From: Candidatus Nomurabacteria bacterium
GTDB lineage: Bacteria; Patescibacteriota; Saccharimonadia; JAGOAT01
DNA length: 64,000 bases
Direction of reading: 5' to 3'
Assembly: GCA_020639315.1 (NCBI GenBank)
Contig: JACKGM010000001.1
Location: 82,511 to 146,510 of the forward strand
The notes below the pieces were generated by a model that searched no databases, had not been told where the DNA came from, and saw only the letters and a program-made list of their open reading frames with translations. Below are positions 1 to 6,917 of the stretch, one piece after another. The translations under genes and the position numbers were made by a program. The first letter of the stretch is position 1. Each line of letters opens with the position of its first letter.

Positions 1-313
1 CTATAGACCTAACACTTTGTCTTGCCACAATAAATTCTTGATCATGGGCTAAGTAATAGTTCTCTTTCTAAAGAGAGGCTCATCCTTAGATATAGCAAGT
101 TAAAAACAAAATCAGATATTTCTATCAATCACAATTCCTGACCTGGTTCTAGAGTCCATTAGTATGAGTTTTCTTTTTCACCATATCATGGATATGATTC
201 AGTAGAAGTACTCAACTACTGGTTCTCTATTATCTTAGTCAGGGAATTGGATTTTGTTTTGAGCTTGCTATATGTCAGTAATTTAGTGGTAATTCAGGGT
301 GTTGGGCCTATAG
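1..313. mobile_element. Composite MITE-like element, family A (copy A1), carrying a nested family-B' element
   Basis: Terminal inverted repeats CTATAGACCTAACAC (1-15) and GTGTTGGGCCTATAG (299-313). No ORF. A near-identical copy lies in inverted orientation at 5349-5822. The element starts exactly at window position 1. Confidence 0.7.
91..272. mobile_element. Nested MITE-like element, family B' (inside A1)
   Basis: Bounded by TATAGCAAGTTAAAAACAAAAT ... ATTTTGTTTTGAGCTTGCTATA (inverted termini). Central palindrome CCATATCATGGATATGA. Same element at 5390-5572. Confidence 0.65.
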
Positions 314-506
314 ATAATGGGTTAGGTAATACAGTTACTTTTTATGTTTATTGTTAGTTTTCTGGATACCCAGAGCAAGCTCTGAGTATGACGGATGCAA
401 ATGCGGGGATACTGGATCCCCCGTAAGTTCTCCGAACTTCGGAGGATGACAGGAGTTGGGTCATCTTCCAAATTTCCATAAGAAATTACGGGGGATCCAG
501 TATTTC
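311..506. repeat. Intergenic mosaic: module D plus a head-to-head hairpin-cassette doublet
   Basis: Module D (TAGATAATGGGTTAGGT...TTCTGGATACCCAGAGCAAGCTCTGAGTATGAC) recurs at 21778-21870 and inverted at 25565-25660. It is followed by one reverse unit (409-451) and one forward subtype-2 unit (461-505). Confidence 0.75.
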
Positions 507-883
507 GTATTTACTCTATTCTTAAATCTATTGTAATTACAACATGAATATTAAAACTCTTATACTGACTCGAACTAGGGTACTTCTAAGTCAATTGTTG
601 ATTGACCACCTTTTAAAGCATTAGTATATTTGTTTCCAACCCAACAAATGATCAGTGTCACTAGTTGTTCTTATCACAATTCAGGATTATTTTGACGAGC
701 CGAGTACACTTTACAAGATTTAGATCAGCTGCCTCAGCTACCGAACATCTAAATGGTCAGCTACCCGCTGCCTACTTACTATTTTGTACCCTAGTATATA
801 CTCAATTTTCTTTGTCCAACATATAGATATAAATAATGTATTCGCTTATGCTTACATGTTATGCGTTTGTGTAATATTATGAT

Positions 884-1026
884 TCGTGAGAGTTGGGGCT
901 TGACGCTGGGGAAGGCTCCAACTCTCACCTGGGTCTCCTCAAAGGTCCCGCACAGCTCTCCCCGAGGAGACCCGGCTAGACCCTCCTTCTGGTATTTTTG
1001 CCAGAAGGAGGGTCAGTTACTTTTTA
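884..1026 (+). ncRNA. Candidate small structured RNA (three consecutive strong hairpins), family unknown
   Basis: Hairpins GTGAGAGTTGG/CCAACTCTCAC (886-928), GGGTCTCCTC/GAGGAGACCC (931-973) and ACCCTCCTTCTGG/CCAGAAGGAGGGT (980-1013). T5 run at 1021-1025. TAATAT box at 872-877. Locally G+C-rich and single-copy in the window. Strand assignment is tentative. Confidence 0.35.
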
Positions 1027-1154
1027 TAGACTCTGTATTCCTCCTCTACCTTATACATCTAATATTCAGCTTATCAATACAGTAACCCTGTTGCCACCCA
1101 AATTTTTGTTTCTTTTTCCATTGCCTCTGGTATTTGAATTGAAACCCTAGGAAA

Positions 1155-1500
1155 TGCGGAGATACTGGATCCCCCGTAAACCCTCTGGGTTTCGGAGGAT
1201 GACAATGCAAATGCGGGAATACTGGATCCCCCGTAAGTTCTCCGAACTTCGGAGGATGACAAGAGAAGAGTCATCTTCGGACTACCCTTTAGGGTAATAC
1301 CGGAGATCCAGTATTTGAATTAGACCCATAATAATGCAAAATACTGGATCCCCCGTAAACCTCTATGAGGATTCGGAGGATGACAACTCACAATGCGGGA
1401 TGCTGGATCCCCCGTAAAATCCTTCGGATTTTCGGAGGATGACAGGAAAGGGACGGGTTTCGGAAGGTGACAATGCAGGGGCAGTTTCGGAGGATGACAA
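1155..1500. repeat. Array of hairpin cassettes (5 full units plus 2 half units)
   Basis: Units ATACTGGATCCCCCGTAA-[variable stem-loop]-TTCGGAGGATGACA at 1162-1204, 1219-1261, 1341-1385 and 1400-1444. One opposite-orientation subtype-2 unit at 1270-1316. Half units (GGGACGGGTTTCGGAGGATGACA type) at 1445-1499. Confidence 0.85.
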
Positions 1501-1537
1501 TAATGACAAAGCAAAGAGATATAGCAAACTTTGCTCC

Positions 1538-2263
1538 CTAATCTGTTAACCTAATCTCAAATCTTGTGATCCACTCGATCAAAGGGTTGTTATCAAGCAT
1601 CCAAGTTTCAACCTCTTTGATCCACCCAGTAGCTATTGCCACCCCCAACAGAATGAATATGATAGCTACTACTCTTTTAAATCTAGACCCCTCCCGAGAA
1701 AGGTTGCCAATTCTAGTCACAAACTTCTGACCAAACCTGATCAGTAAGCCTAAGGTTAGAACCAACCCCAGTAAATAAACCAAAATATAGCTTAATCCCT
1801 TGAGCCAACTTTCAGGCAAGACTGTGGCTACCAGAATAGTATAAGTAGGCGAACAACTAGTAAATATTGGGCCAAGACTAGCTCCGATCAAGATGTCTCC
1901 CCACCAACCATCCTGAGTAAGTCCCTTACCCCCCAACCGATTTGAGGCTTTAGTCATACCCAATCTCTGACTAATATTTGCCCAGAGATTAGGAAATAAG
2001 CTTGCAAGGCCGAAGCCAATAATAATCAGACCCGACACCAAAGCCAAGCTTTGGTCAGTAACTGGTATCAAACGACTAGCTCCGCGTAAAAGTACAGTAA
2101 AGCCAAGAATTGACAACGACAGTGAGCCAAGAATCCTCCAAGTCCTGACCTTGCTTACCTCGCCATCCAAGCTCCTAGTCAGGATTACAGGAAGAATTGG
2201 CAGGATACAGGGAGCAAAAACTGTCAAGATCCCAGCCAGAAACGAGGTAACAAGTAGAATCAT
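1538..2263 (-). CDS. ccdA: CcdA/DsbD-family thiol-disulfide transporter (cytochrome c biogenesis-type membrane protein)
   Basis: 241-aa polytopic ORF with FAPCILPILP and a second Cys motif GPIFTSCSPT. Directly abuts a thioredoxin-like gene. Confidence 0.8.
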   Translation of the reverse strand: MILLVTSFLAGILTVFAPCILPILPVILTRSLDGEVSKVRTWRILGSLSLSILGFTVLLRGASRLIPVTDQSLALVSGLIIIGFGLASLFPNLWANISQRLGMTKASNRLGGKGLTQDGWWGDILIGASLGPIFTSCSPTYTILVATVLPESWLKGLSYILVYLLGLVLTLGLLIRFGQKFVTRIGNLSREGSRFKRVVAIIFILLGVAIATGWIKEVETWMLDNNPLIEWITRFEIRLTD

Positions 2264-2808
2264 TAGCTAGCTAATTCTTGCTCGATCTGACTCAAGTTGT
2301 AACTACCTCTCCACGACTTGATCAGATTGCCCTGACTATCAACCTGGACCAAAGTATGCTGACTAGTCACACCATACTGATTTTTGAGCTCAGTCTCACT
2401 ATCATAGTCTAGCTTCATTACCGTGATCCCAGTTGATAAGAAATCAGTATTGGTCAGACTCTGATCGAGTATCTTGCAAGTAGGACACCAACCTGCATGA
2501 AAAAACAAAACTACATCTCCATTGTCAGCTCTAGCCAGCTGAGCTGGATCGTAGTCGATATAGCCAGACTCTGCCTCTAGACTACTTTGACCAACAGACT
2601 GCTGGTCACTGCTGTCTACTTGGGCTTGTACTGACTCCTCTTGCTCCTCTTGCTCTTGCATTGCTTCAGACTCTGACTGGCTACTTATACCTACCGCACT
2701 ATCACTAGGCTGAATATCTCTATCCTTATTGCTAAAAATAAATACTGCCGTGACTAAAACTACTCCTATAGCTATTGAGCCAATAATCCATTTGATCTTA
2801 TTATTCAT
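2263..2808 (-). CDS. Membrane-anchored thioredoxin-like protein
   Basis: N-terminal TM helix, Q/E/S-rich linker, and a C-terminal thioredoxin fold with a WCPTC active site (FFHAGWCPTCK). Confidence 0.75.
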   Translation of the reverse strand: MNNKIKWIIGSIAIGVVLVTAVFIFSNKDRDIQPSDSAVGISSQSESEAMQEQEEQEESVQAQVDSSDQQSVGQSSLEAESGYIDYDPAQLARADNGDVVLFFHAGWCPTCKILDQSLTNTDFLSTGITVMKLDYDSETELKNQYGVTSQHTLVQVDSQGNLIKSWRGSYNLSQIEQELAS

Positions 2809-2812
2809 ATCC

Positions 2813-3577
2813 TCATTTTAACACGATCATTAGTCCCAAGACAAAAATCAAAAACAACCGATAATAAATAAACACCCTGAGATTGTGTCGAGCTAGATAT
2901 TTGATCAAATATCTTAAGATAAAATACCCACTTATGGCAGTAATGCCGACTCCAGCCAGAAGCTGAGGATAGGAGTACTGGCTCTGGGTAGACCCTAGAT
3001 CAAGTAGTGAGTATCCCCCGACAATCAAAGTGATTGGTATGGCAGTCAAAAAGCTAAACTTTGCACTACTGACTAAATCCAGACCAGTTAGGACTGCTGT
3101 AGCTGTACTAGATCCTGACCTTGATACTCCAGGCCAGAGTGAGCTAATCTGACCAAGACCGACCAAGCAGGCTTGCCTAAGGGTGGGCCAGCGTAGCTGG
3201 CCCTTAGCTTTGACCCCCCGATAATCTGCTAGCCACAATAGTAATGTACCAAATATCAGCCCGACCATCACTACCCACAATACTCTCTGGTCTTGATGTA
3301 GCCATTCTATCTGATCTTTCAATAGATAGGCGACTCCAAGTACCGGTAGTGTCGCTAATGCTAGACCAAAAAGCTTGCGTAAGTCTCTGATTACTTCCAT
3401 GACCTCTTGACGCAAAAATACCAAAAGAGCCAAAGCTGTACCTAGATGCAAACTAGCATCGAGATAAGGATTGGACTTATCGAGCAGGCTACCAAAGAGA
3501 GCCAGGTGACCAGATGACGAGATAGGGAGAAACTCGGAGATTGCTTGGATCAGAGCGAGGATTATTATTACATACAT
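2813..3577 (-). CDS. uppP: Undecaprenyl-diphosphatase
   Basis: 254-aa membrane ORF with SEFLPISSSGHL and PGVSRSGSS motifs typical of UppP/BacA. Confidence 0.9.
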   Translation of the reverse strand: MYVIIILALIQAISEFLPISSSGHLALFGSLLDKSNPYLDASLHLGTALALLVFLRQEVMEVIRDLRKLFGLALATLPVLGVAYLLKDQIEWLHQDQRVLWVVMVGLIFGTLLLWLADYRGVKAKGQLRWPTLRQACLVGLGQISSLWPGVSRSGSSTATAVLTGLDLVSSAKFSFLTAIPITLIVGGYSLLDLGSTQSQYSYPQLLAGVGITAISGYFILRYLIKYLARHNLRVFIYYRLFLIFVLGLMIVLK

Positions 3578-3789
3578 ACTATGTCTAAGTATCTCATTAT
3601 GATTCTCAACTTACAAAAAATCCTTAAGTCCAGAGGATCGCTCCCAAAATCCAGAACTACCTCTTCTACTATCACCGATGCATCAGCATCGCTTCCATCA
3701 GATAAAAGACCTTCCAAGTATCCGGGAGGCAAGCCTAAGGTTTCGACCGACCGCCTAAGCCAGTTTTTTATTTTTATTTTATTCATCAT
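3568..3789 (-). CDS. Possible small acidic hypothetical protein (about 74 aa)
   Basis: ORF MMNKIKIK...DPLDLRIF fills the 223-bp gap between the HIT and uppP genes on the same strand and overlaps the uppP start by 10 nt. No recognisable motif. The opposite-strand ORF looks less protein-like. Confidence 0.25.
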   Translation of the reverse strand: MMNKIKIKNWLRRSVETLGLPPGYLEGLLSDGSDADASVIVEEVVLDFGSDPLDLRIFCKLRIIMRYLDIVCM

Positions 3790-3800
3790 CAATATATATC

Positions 3801-4196
3801 TCAAAGCTCCTTAAGGGCTTCCCGAATTTTGTCAGCTTCGGGTTTCAGATCCTCAAGAGCTACAGGCTTGTCCTGATCTAGCCGTGCTTGACCCTGATAT
3901 ATTGGTATCAAATGAATATGCAAATGATCCGTGACATCAGTACCAATAATCTTTAAAATTACAAAATCTGCTTGATAAGCCTGCTTGAGTAGTTTCGCCA
4001 TATTTCTCGCAAGTAGCATGATCTTGGCATACTCCTGCTCTGGCATCTCAAGATAATTGGGATATGGCTTGACTGGCATTAGTAAGACATGACCGACTGC
4101 ACTAGGATAAATATCCATAATCGCAAAGGCATCAGGACTCTTATAAACAATTTCAGCTGGAATCTCGCCAGCTAAGATTTTACTAAATATACTCAT
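3801..4196 (-). CDS. HIT-family (histidine triad) nucleotide hydrolase/transferase
   Basis: HLHIHLIP histidine-triad motif. Start placed at ATG 4196 (MSIFSKILAGEIP), which has TATAAT 6 nt upstream. The longer track ORF to 4259 has an implausible N-terminus. Confidence 0.85.
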   Translation of the reverse strand: MSIFSKILAGEIPAEIVYKSPDAFAIMDIYPSAVGHVLLMPVKPYPNYLEMPEQEYAKIMLLARNMAKLLKQAYQADFVILKIIGTDVTDHLHIHLIPIYQGQARLDQDKPVALEDLKPEADKIREALKEL

Positions 4197-4202
4197 AGTG
4201 GT

Positions 4203-4208
4203 ATTATA
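4203..4208 (-). promoter_or_regulatory. -10 box TATAAT, 6 nt upstream of the HIT ATG (leaderless-type promoter)
   Basis: Minus-strand reading is GCTATAATACCACTATG. The same cassette occurs at the M50 protease gene. Confidence 0.5.
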
Positions 4209-4241
4209 GCAGATACTATAATTTCTCTGACCAATATAACA

Positions 4242-4880
4242 ATGGAAACCACACCCCACGATGAAAAAGAAGTTGCCCCAAAACCAACTGAGTTAATACT
4301 AGCCATAGCTGGTTTGCCTAGATCTGGTAAGACTACCCTTGTTGATTATCTTAATCTAGAGTTGGCCAAGCTGGGCTATCCTGTGTCAATTTTTAGCTTT
4401 TCAACCCATCTAAAAGAAGCCTTGGAGAAAGAAGATATTACTAATCCTATGCGTAAACAGTATGATAGAAAGTCTCAAGAGCTACGACCTTCAGACAACC
4501 CAGCTCAAGTAATTGAGTCTTACCCGTCCAATACAATAGTAATAGTTGATGGATTGCGTAATGCTGATGAAGCTATCGAAGTTTCAGTCAAAAGAGGGGT
4601 AATAGTAACATTGGTCTGTCCTCCTCCTGCCAGATTTGAGCGTGCCCAAAAATCTGGTAGCCAAAAAGATAGTACCGATACTATTGATGACTTCCTCAAT
4701 CCAGAAAAGTCTGAGCTCTTTTCATATAAACCTAATGGTAGTCACACAGAATTTACCATGAGTCTTGCTGCCCCTGGTCTAAGGTTTAATACTTCCTTAC
4801 TAAGTATGGCTCAAATTGCTAAAAAAGTTGTGGAATGGTTAAAAAATAATAACAAGTTACCTGTGAAACAAAACGATTGA
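4242..4880 (+). CDS. P-loop NTPase / small-molecule kinase-like protein
   Basis: Walker A GLPRSGKTT near the N-terminus. 212 aa. Divergent from the HIT gene. Confidence 0.5.
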   Translation: METTPHDEKEVAPKPTELILAIAGLPRSGKTTLVDYLNLELAKLGYPVSIFSFSTHLKEALEKEDITNPMRKQYDRKSQELRPSDNPAQVIESYPSNTIVIVDGLRNADEAIEVSVKRGVIVTLVCPPPARFERAQKSGSQKDSTDTIDDFLNPEKSELFSYKPNGSHTEFTMSLAAPGLRFNTSLLSMAQIAKKVVEWLKNNNKLPVKQND

Positions 4881-4911
4881 GTATTATAATTTTCTAGTAT
4901 ACAATAGGACT

Positions 4912-5346
4912 ATGTCAGAGCTAAGACCCAAAGTAGGTATCGGGATAATTGTAATCAAACCCAATAATGACAGAAGGGAGATAATGCTACACCAGAGAAT
5001 AGGGTCTTTTGGTCAAGGTTATTGGGGGAGTGGTGGTGGCCATCTTGAGAACGGAGAATCTTTAGAAAATGCCGTCATGAGAGAGCTGGCCGAAGAAGCT
5101 GGAAAAGAATTAAAAATCAAGAACTTGAGACTACATGGTATCTACAACTTTACTGACTTGATGCCAAAACACTATGTTGATATTACCTTTGTAGCTGATT
5201 GGGAATCAGGAGAACCTCAAAATACTGCTCCTGAAGAAACTTCAGAATGGGTATGGTGTGCTTTAGACGATCTGCCAAGCCCACTATTCCCCCCTCTCAA
5301 GAAGTATCTGGATGGTATTGATGACCAAACTATCCTCTATCACTAA
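4912..5346 (+). CDS. NUDIX hydrolase
   Basis: Nudix box GGGHLENGESLENAVMRELAEEAG (GX5EX7REUXEEXGU). Confidence 0.85.
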   Translation: MSELRPKVGIGIIVIKPNNDRREIMLHQRIGSFGQGYWGSGGGHLENGESLENAVMRELAEEAGKELKIKNLRLHGIYNFTDLMPKHYVDITFVADWESGEPQNTAPEETSEWVWCALDDLPSPLFPPLKKYLDGIDDQTILYH

Positions 5347-5389
5347 TTCTATAGACCTAACACACTGACTTACCACTAAATTCCTGACC

Positions 5390-5572
5390 TATAGCAAGCT
5401 CAAAACAAAATCCAATTCCCTGACTCAGATAATAGAGAACCAGTAGTTGAGTACTTCTACTGAATCATATCCATGATATGGTGAATAAGAAAACTCATAC
5501 TAATGGACTCTAGAACCAGGTCAGGAATTGTGATTAATAGAAATATCTGATTTTGTTTTTAACTTGCTATAT
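5390..5572. mobile_element. Nested family-B' element inside A2
   Basis: TATAGCAAGCTCAAAACAAAAT ... ATTTTGTTTTTAACTTGCTATA. Inverted copy of 91-272. Confidence 0.65.
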
Positions 5573-5734
5573 AGCATACCCAAAACAAAACCGGACAATT
5601 TGGGATTACTAATAAAGAGCTAGAAAGTTAGTTCTTTATATGAACCTTACTTATAAGTAAGGTGAATAGAAAAACTAGATTTGTAGACTTTAGTAGTGGG
5701 TCAAAAGGCTGGTTTTGTTTTGGGTATGCTATAT
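5571..5734. mobile_element. Nested family-B'' element (third TIR variant)
   Basis: ATAGCATACCCAAAACAAAACCGGACAATTTGGG ... GGTTTTGTTTTGGGTATGCTAT. Same architecture as family B but with diverged termini. Absent from copy A1. Confidence 0.6.
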
Positions 5735-5822
5735 CTAAGGATGGGCCTCTCTTTAGAAAGAGAACTATTACTTAGTCCATGATCAAGAATTTATTGTGGC
5801 AAGACAAAGTGTTAGGTCTATA

Positions 5823-5925
5823 AATCAAATACTGGATCTACCATAAATCCTTACAGGATTTTGGGAGATGACTCTTCTCTTGTCATCCTCCAAAGCTCAA
5901 AGAACTTACCCGAGTACAGGGTTAT
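5823..5925. repeat. Degenerate hairpin-cassette doublet
   Basis: AAATACTGGATCTACC...GGGAGATGAC, then TCTTCTCT, then TGTCATCCTCCAAAGCTCAAAGAACTTACCC. Eroded versions of the subtype-2 and subtype-1 units. Confidence 0.6.
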
Positions 5926-5996
5926 TATAGTACACTATAAAGCTAGCATGTTATAATCAAACCATTGGCAATTAAATACAGGAGAGAAAAGGTAGT

Positions 5997-6917
5997 ATGA
6001 TCAAATATTACTACAAAAATGCCAAAGGCAAAATCACCAGCGCCTCTCGTAATCGAGAAGGCTCTACTCTCTACCTCCTCAAACCATCCAATGAAGAGCT
6101 CCGGACAATAGCCAAACGCTACAAACTCGACCTAGATATTCTGACTGATGCCCTCGACACCTTTGAGGTCCCCCGCCTAGATGAAGACAAAGGTACTCTA
6201 TATCTTTTCGTCAGATACGCCACTACTGATGAGGAAGTAATATCGACCAATCTGGTGCTAATCATTTACCGTAAAGACCTCTTGATATTTATCGCAAACG
6301 ATGGAGCCAGAGGAATGATCAGGGAAGCTCTTGAACAAAACAAGACCGATATCCCTCTAGATACAATCTGGAGTTTTTTAGACCTAGTAAACAGTGGCTA
6401 CGAGAAAACAATGCTTAAGATCAACAAAAAAATCAATGAGGTCAAGCGCAACCTAGCCTCCTCTCATGATATTAGCAACAAAACTTTTATCGAACTAGTC
6501 AGATTTGAAGACCAGCTAAGCGACTTCCTCGCTGCCCTCAACCCGACCAATACTTTATTGCACAAACTTGGCAATAAAAAAATTGCTCCAATCTTTGATA
6601 TCGAAGAAGATGAGATCGAGGATATTTACCTTGAAAACCTCCAGCTAATCGAGATTTGTATCGCAAGCCAAAGAACTATTACCAATATCCGTGAGGCATA
6701 TTCGACCATCAATACCAACAATCTGAATCGTCTCCTGAAATTTTTTACTTCAATCAGCATCATCCTGACAGTACCGACTATCCTAAGTAGCATCTATGGC
6801 ATGAATGTTGATCTTCCCTTGTCTCATCGCCCAGATGCCTTCCTAATGGTAATAGCAATCCAAGTAATAATTACCCTGGGTTTCATAGCGATCTTTGTCA
6901 GGAATCGATGGCTATAA
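5997..6917 (+). CDS. corA: CorA-family magnesium/cobalt transporter
   Basis: 306 aa with two C-terminal TM helices carrying YGMNV (GMN motif). GGAGAG Shine-Dalgarno upstream. Confidence 0.85.
   Translation: MIKYYYKNAKGKITSASRNREGSTLYLLKPSNEELRTIAKRYKLDLDILTDALDTFEVPRLDEDKGTLYLFVRYATTDEEVISTNLVLIIYRKDLLIFIANDGARGMIREALEQNKTDIPLDTIWSFLDLVNSGYEKTMLKINKKINEVKRNLASSHDISNKTFIELVRFEDQLSDFLAALNPTNTLLHKLGNKKIAPIFDIEEDEIEDIYLENLQLIEICIASQRTITNIREAYSTINTNNLNRLLKFFTSISIILTVPTILSSIYGMNVDLPLSHRPDAFLMVIAIQVIITLGFIAIFVRNRWL

Larger units (their letters stand above)
5349..5822. mobile_element. Composite MITE-like element, family A (copy A2), inverted relative to A1, with two nested inserts
   Basis: TIRs CTATAGACCTAACAC (5349-5363) and GTGTTAGGTCTATA (5809-5822). 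The reverse complement matches 1-313 almost base for base apart from an extra ~164-bp insert. Confidence 0.7.

Noticed and set aside
861-1085. A 74-aa + strand ORF.
   Set aside because: It is superimposed on three perfect hairpins. Its composition is non-protein-like and there is no Shine-Dalgarno sequence. It is treated as an RNA candidate instead.
1074-1514. ORFs encoding reiterated peptides such as LLSSSEVRRTYGGSSI / SSSETQRVYGGSSI. The same kind of ORF appears at 13631-14291, 21789-22094, 25402-26005, 26595-26832 and 48609-48863. They could be read as multi-core RiPP-like precursors or repeat proteins.
   Set aside because: They are translations of the hairpin cassettes. The same DNA occurs in both orientations and in all frames. 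Variation between copies is compensatory at the nucleotide (stem) level rather than conservative at the amino-acid level. There are no start or Shine-Dalgarno contexts.
3545-3814. An 89-aa + strand ORF between uppP and the HIT gene.
   Set aside because: It is antisense to the operon, has a Ser/Thr/Lys-rich low-complexity sequence, and overlaps both neighbours. The minus-strand alternative (3568-3789) fits the operon better but is itself low confidence.
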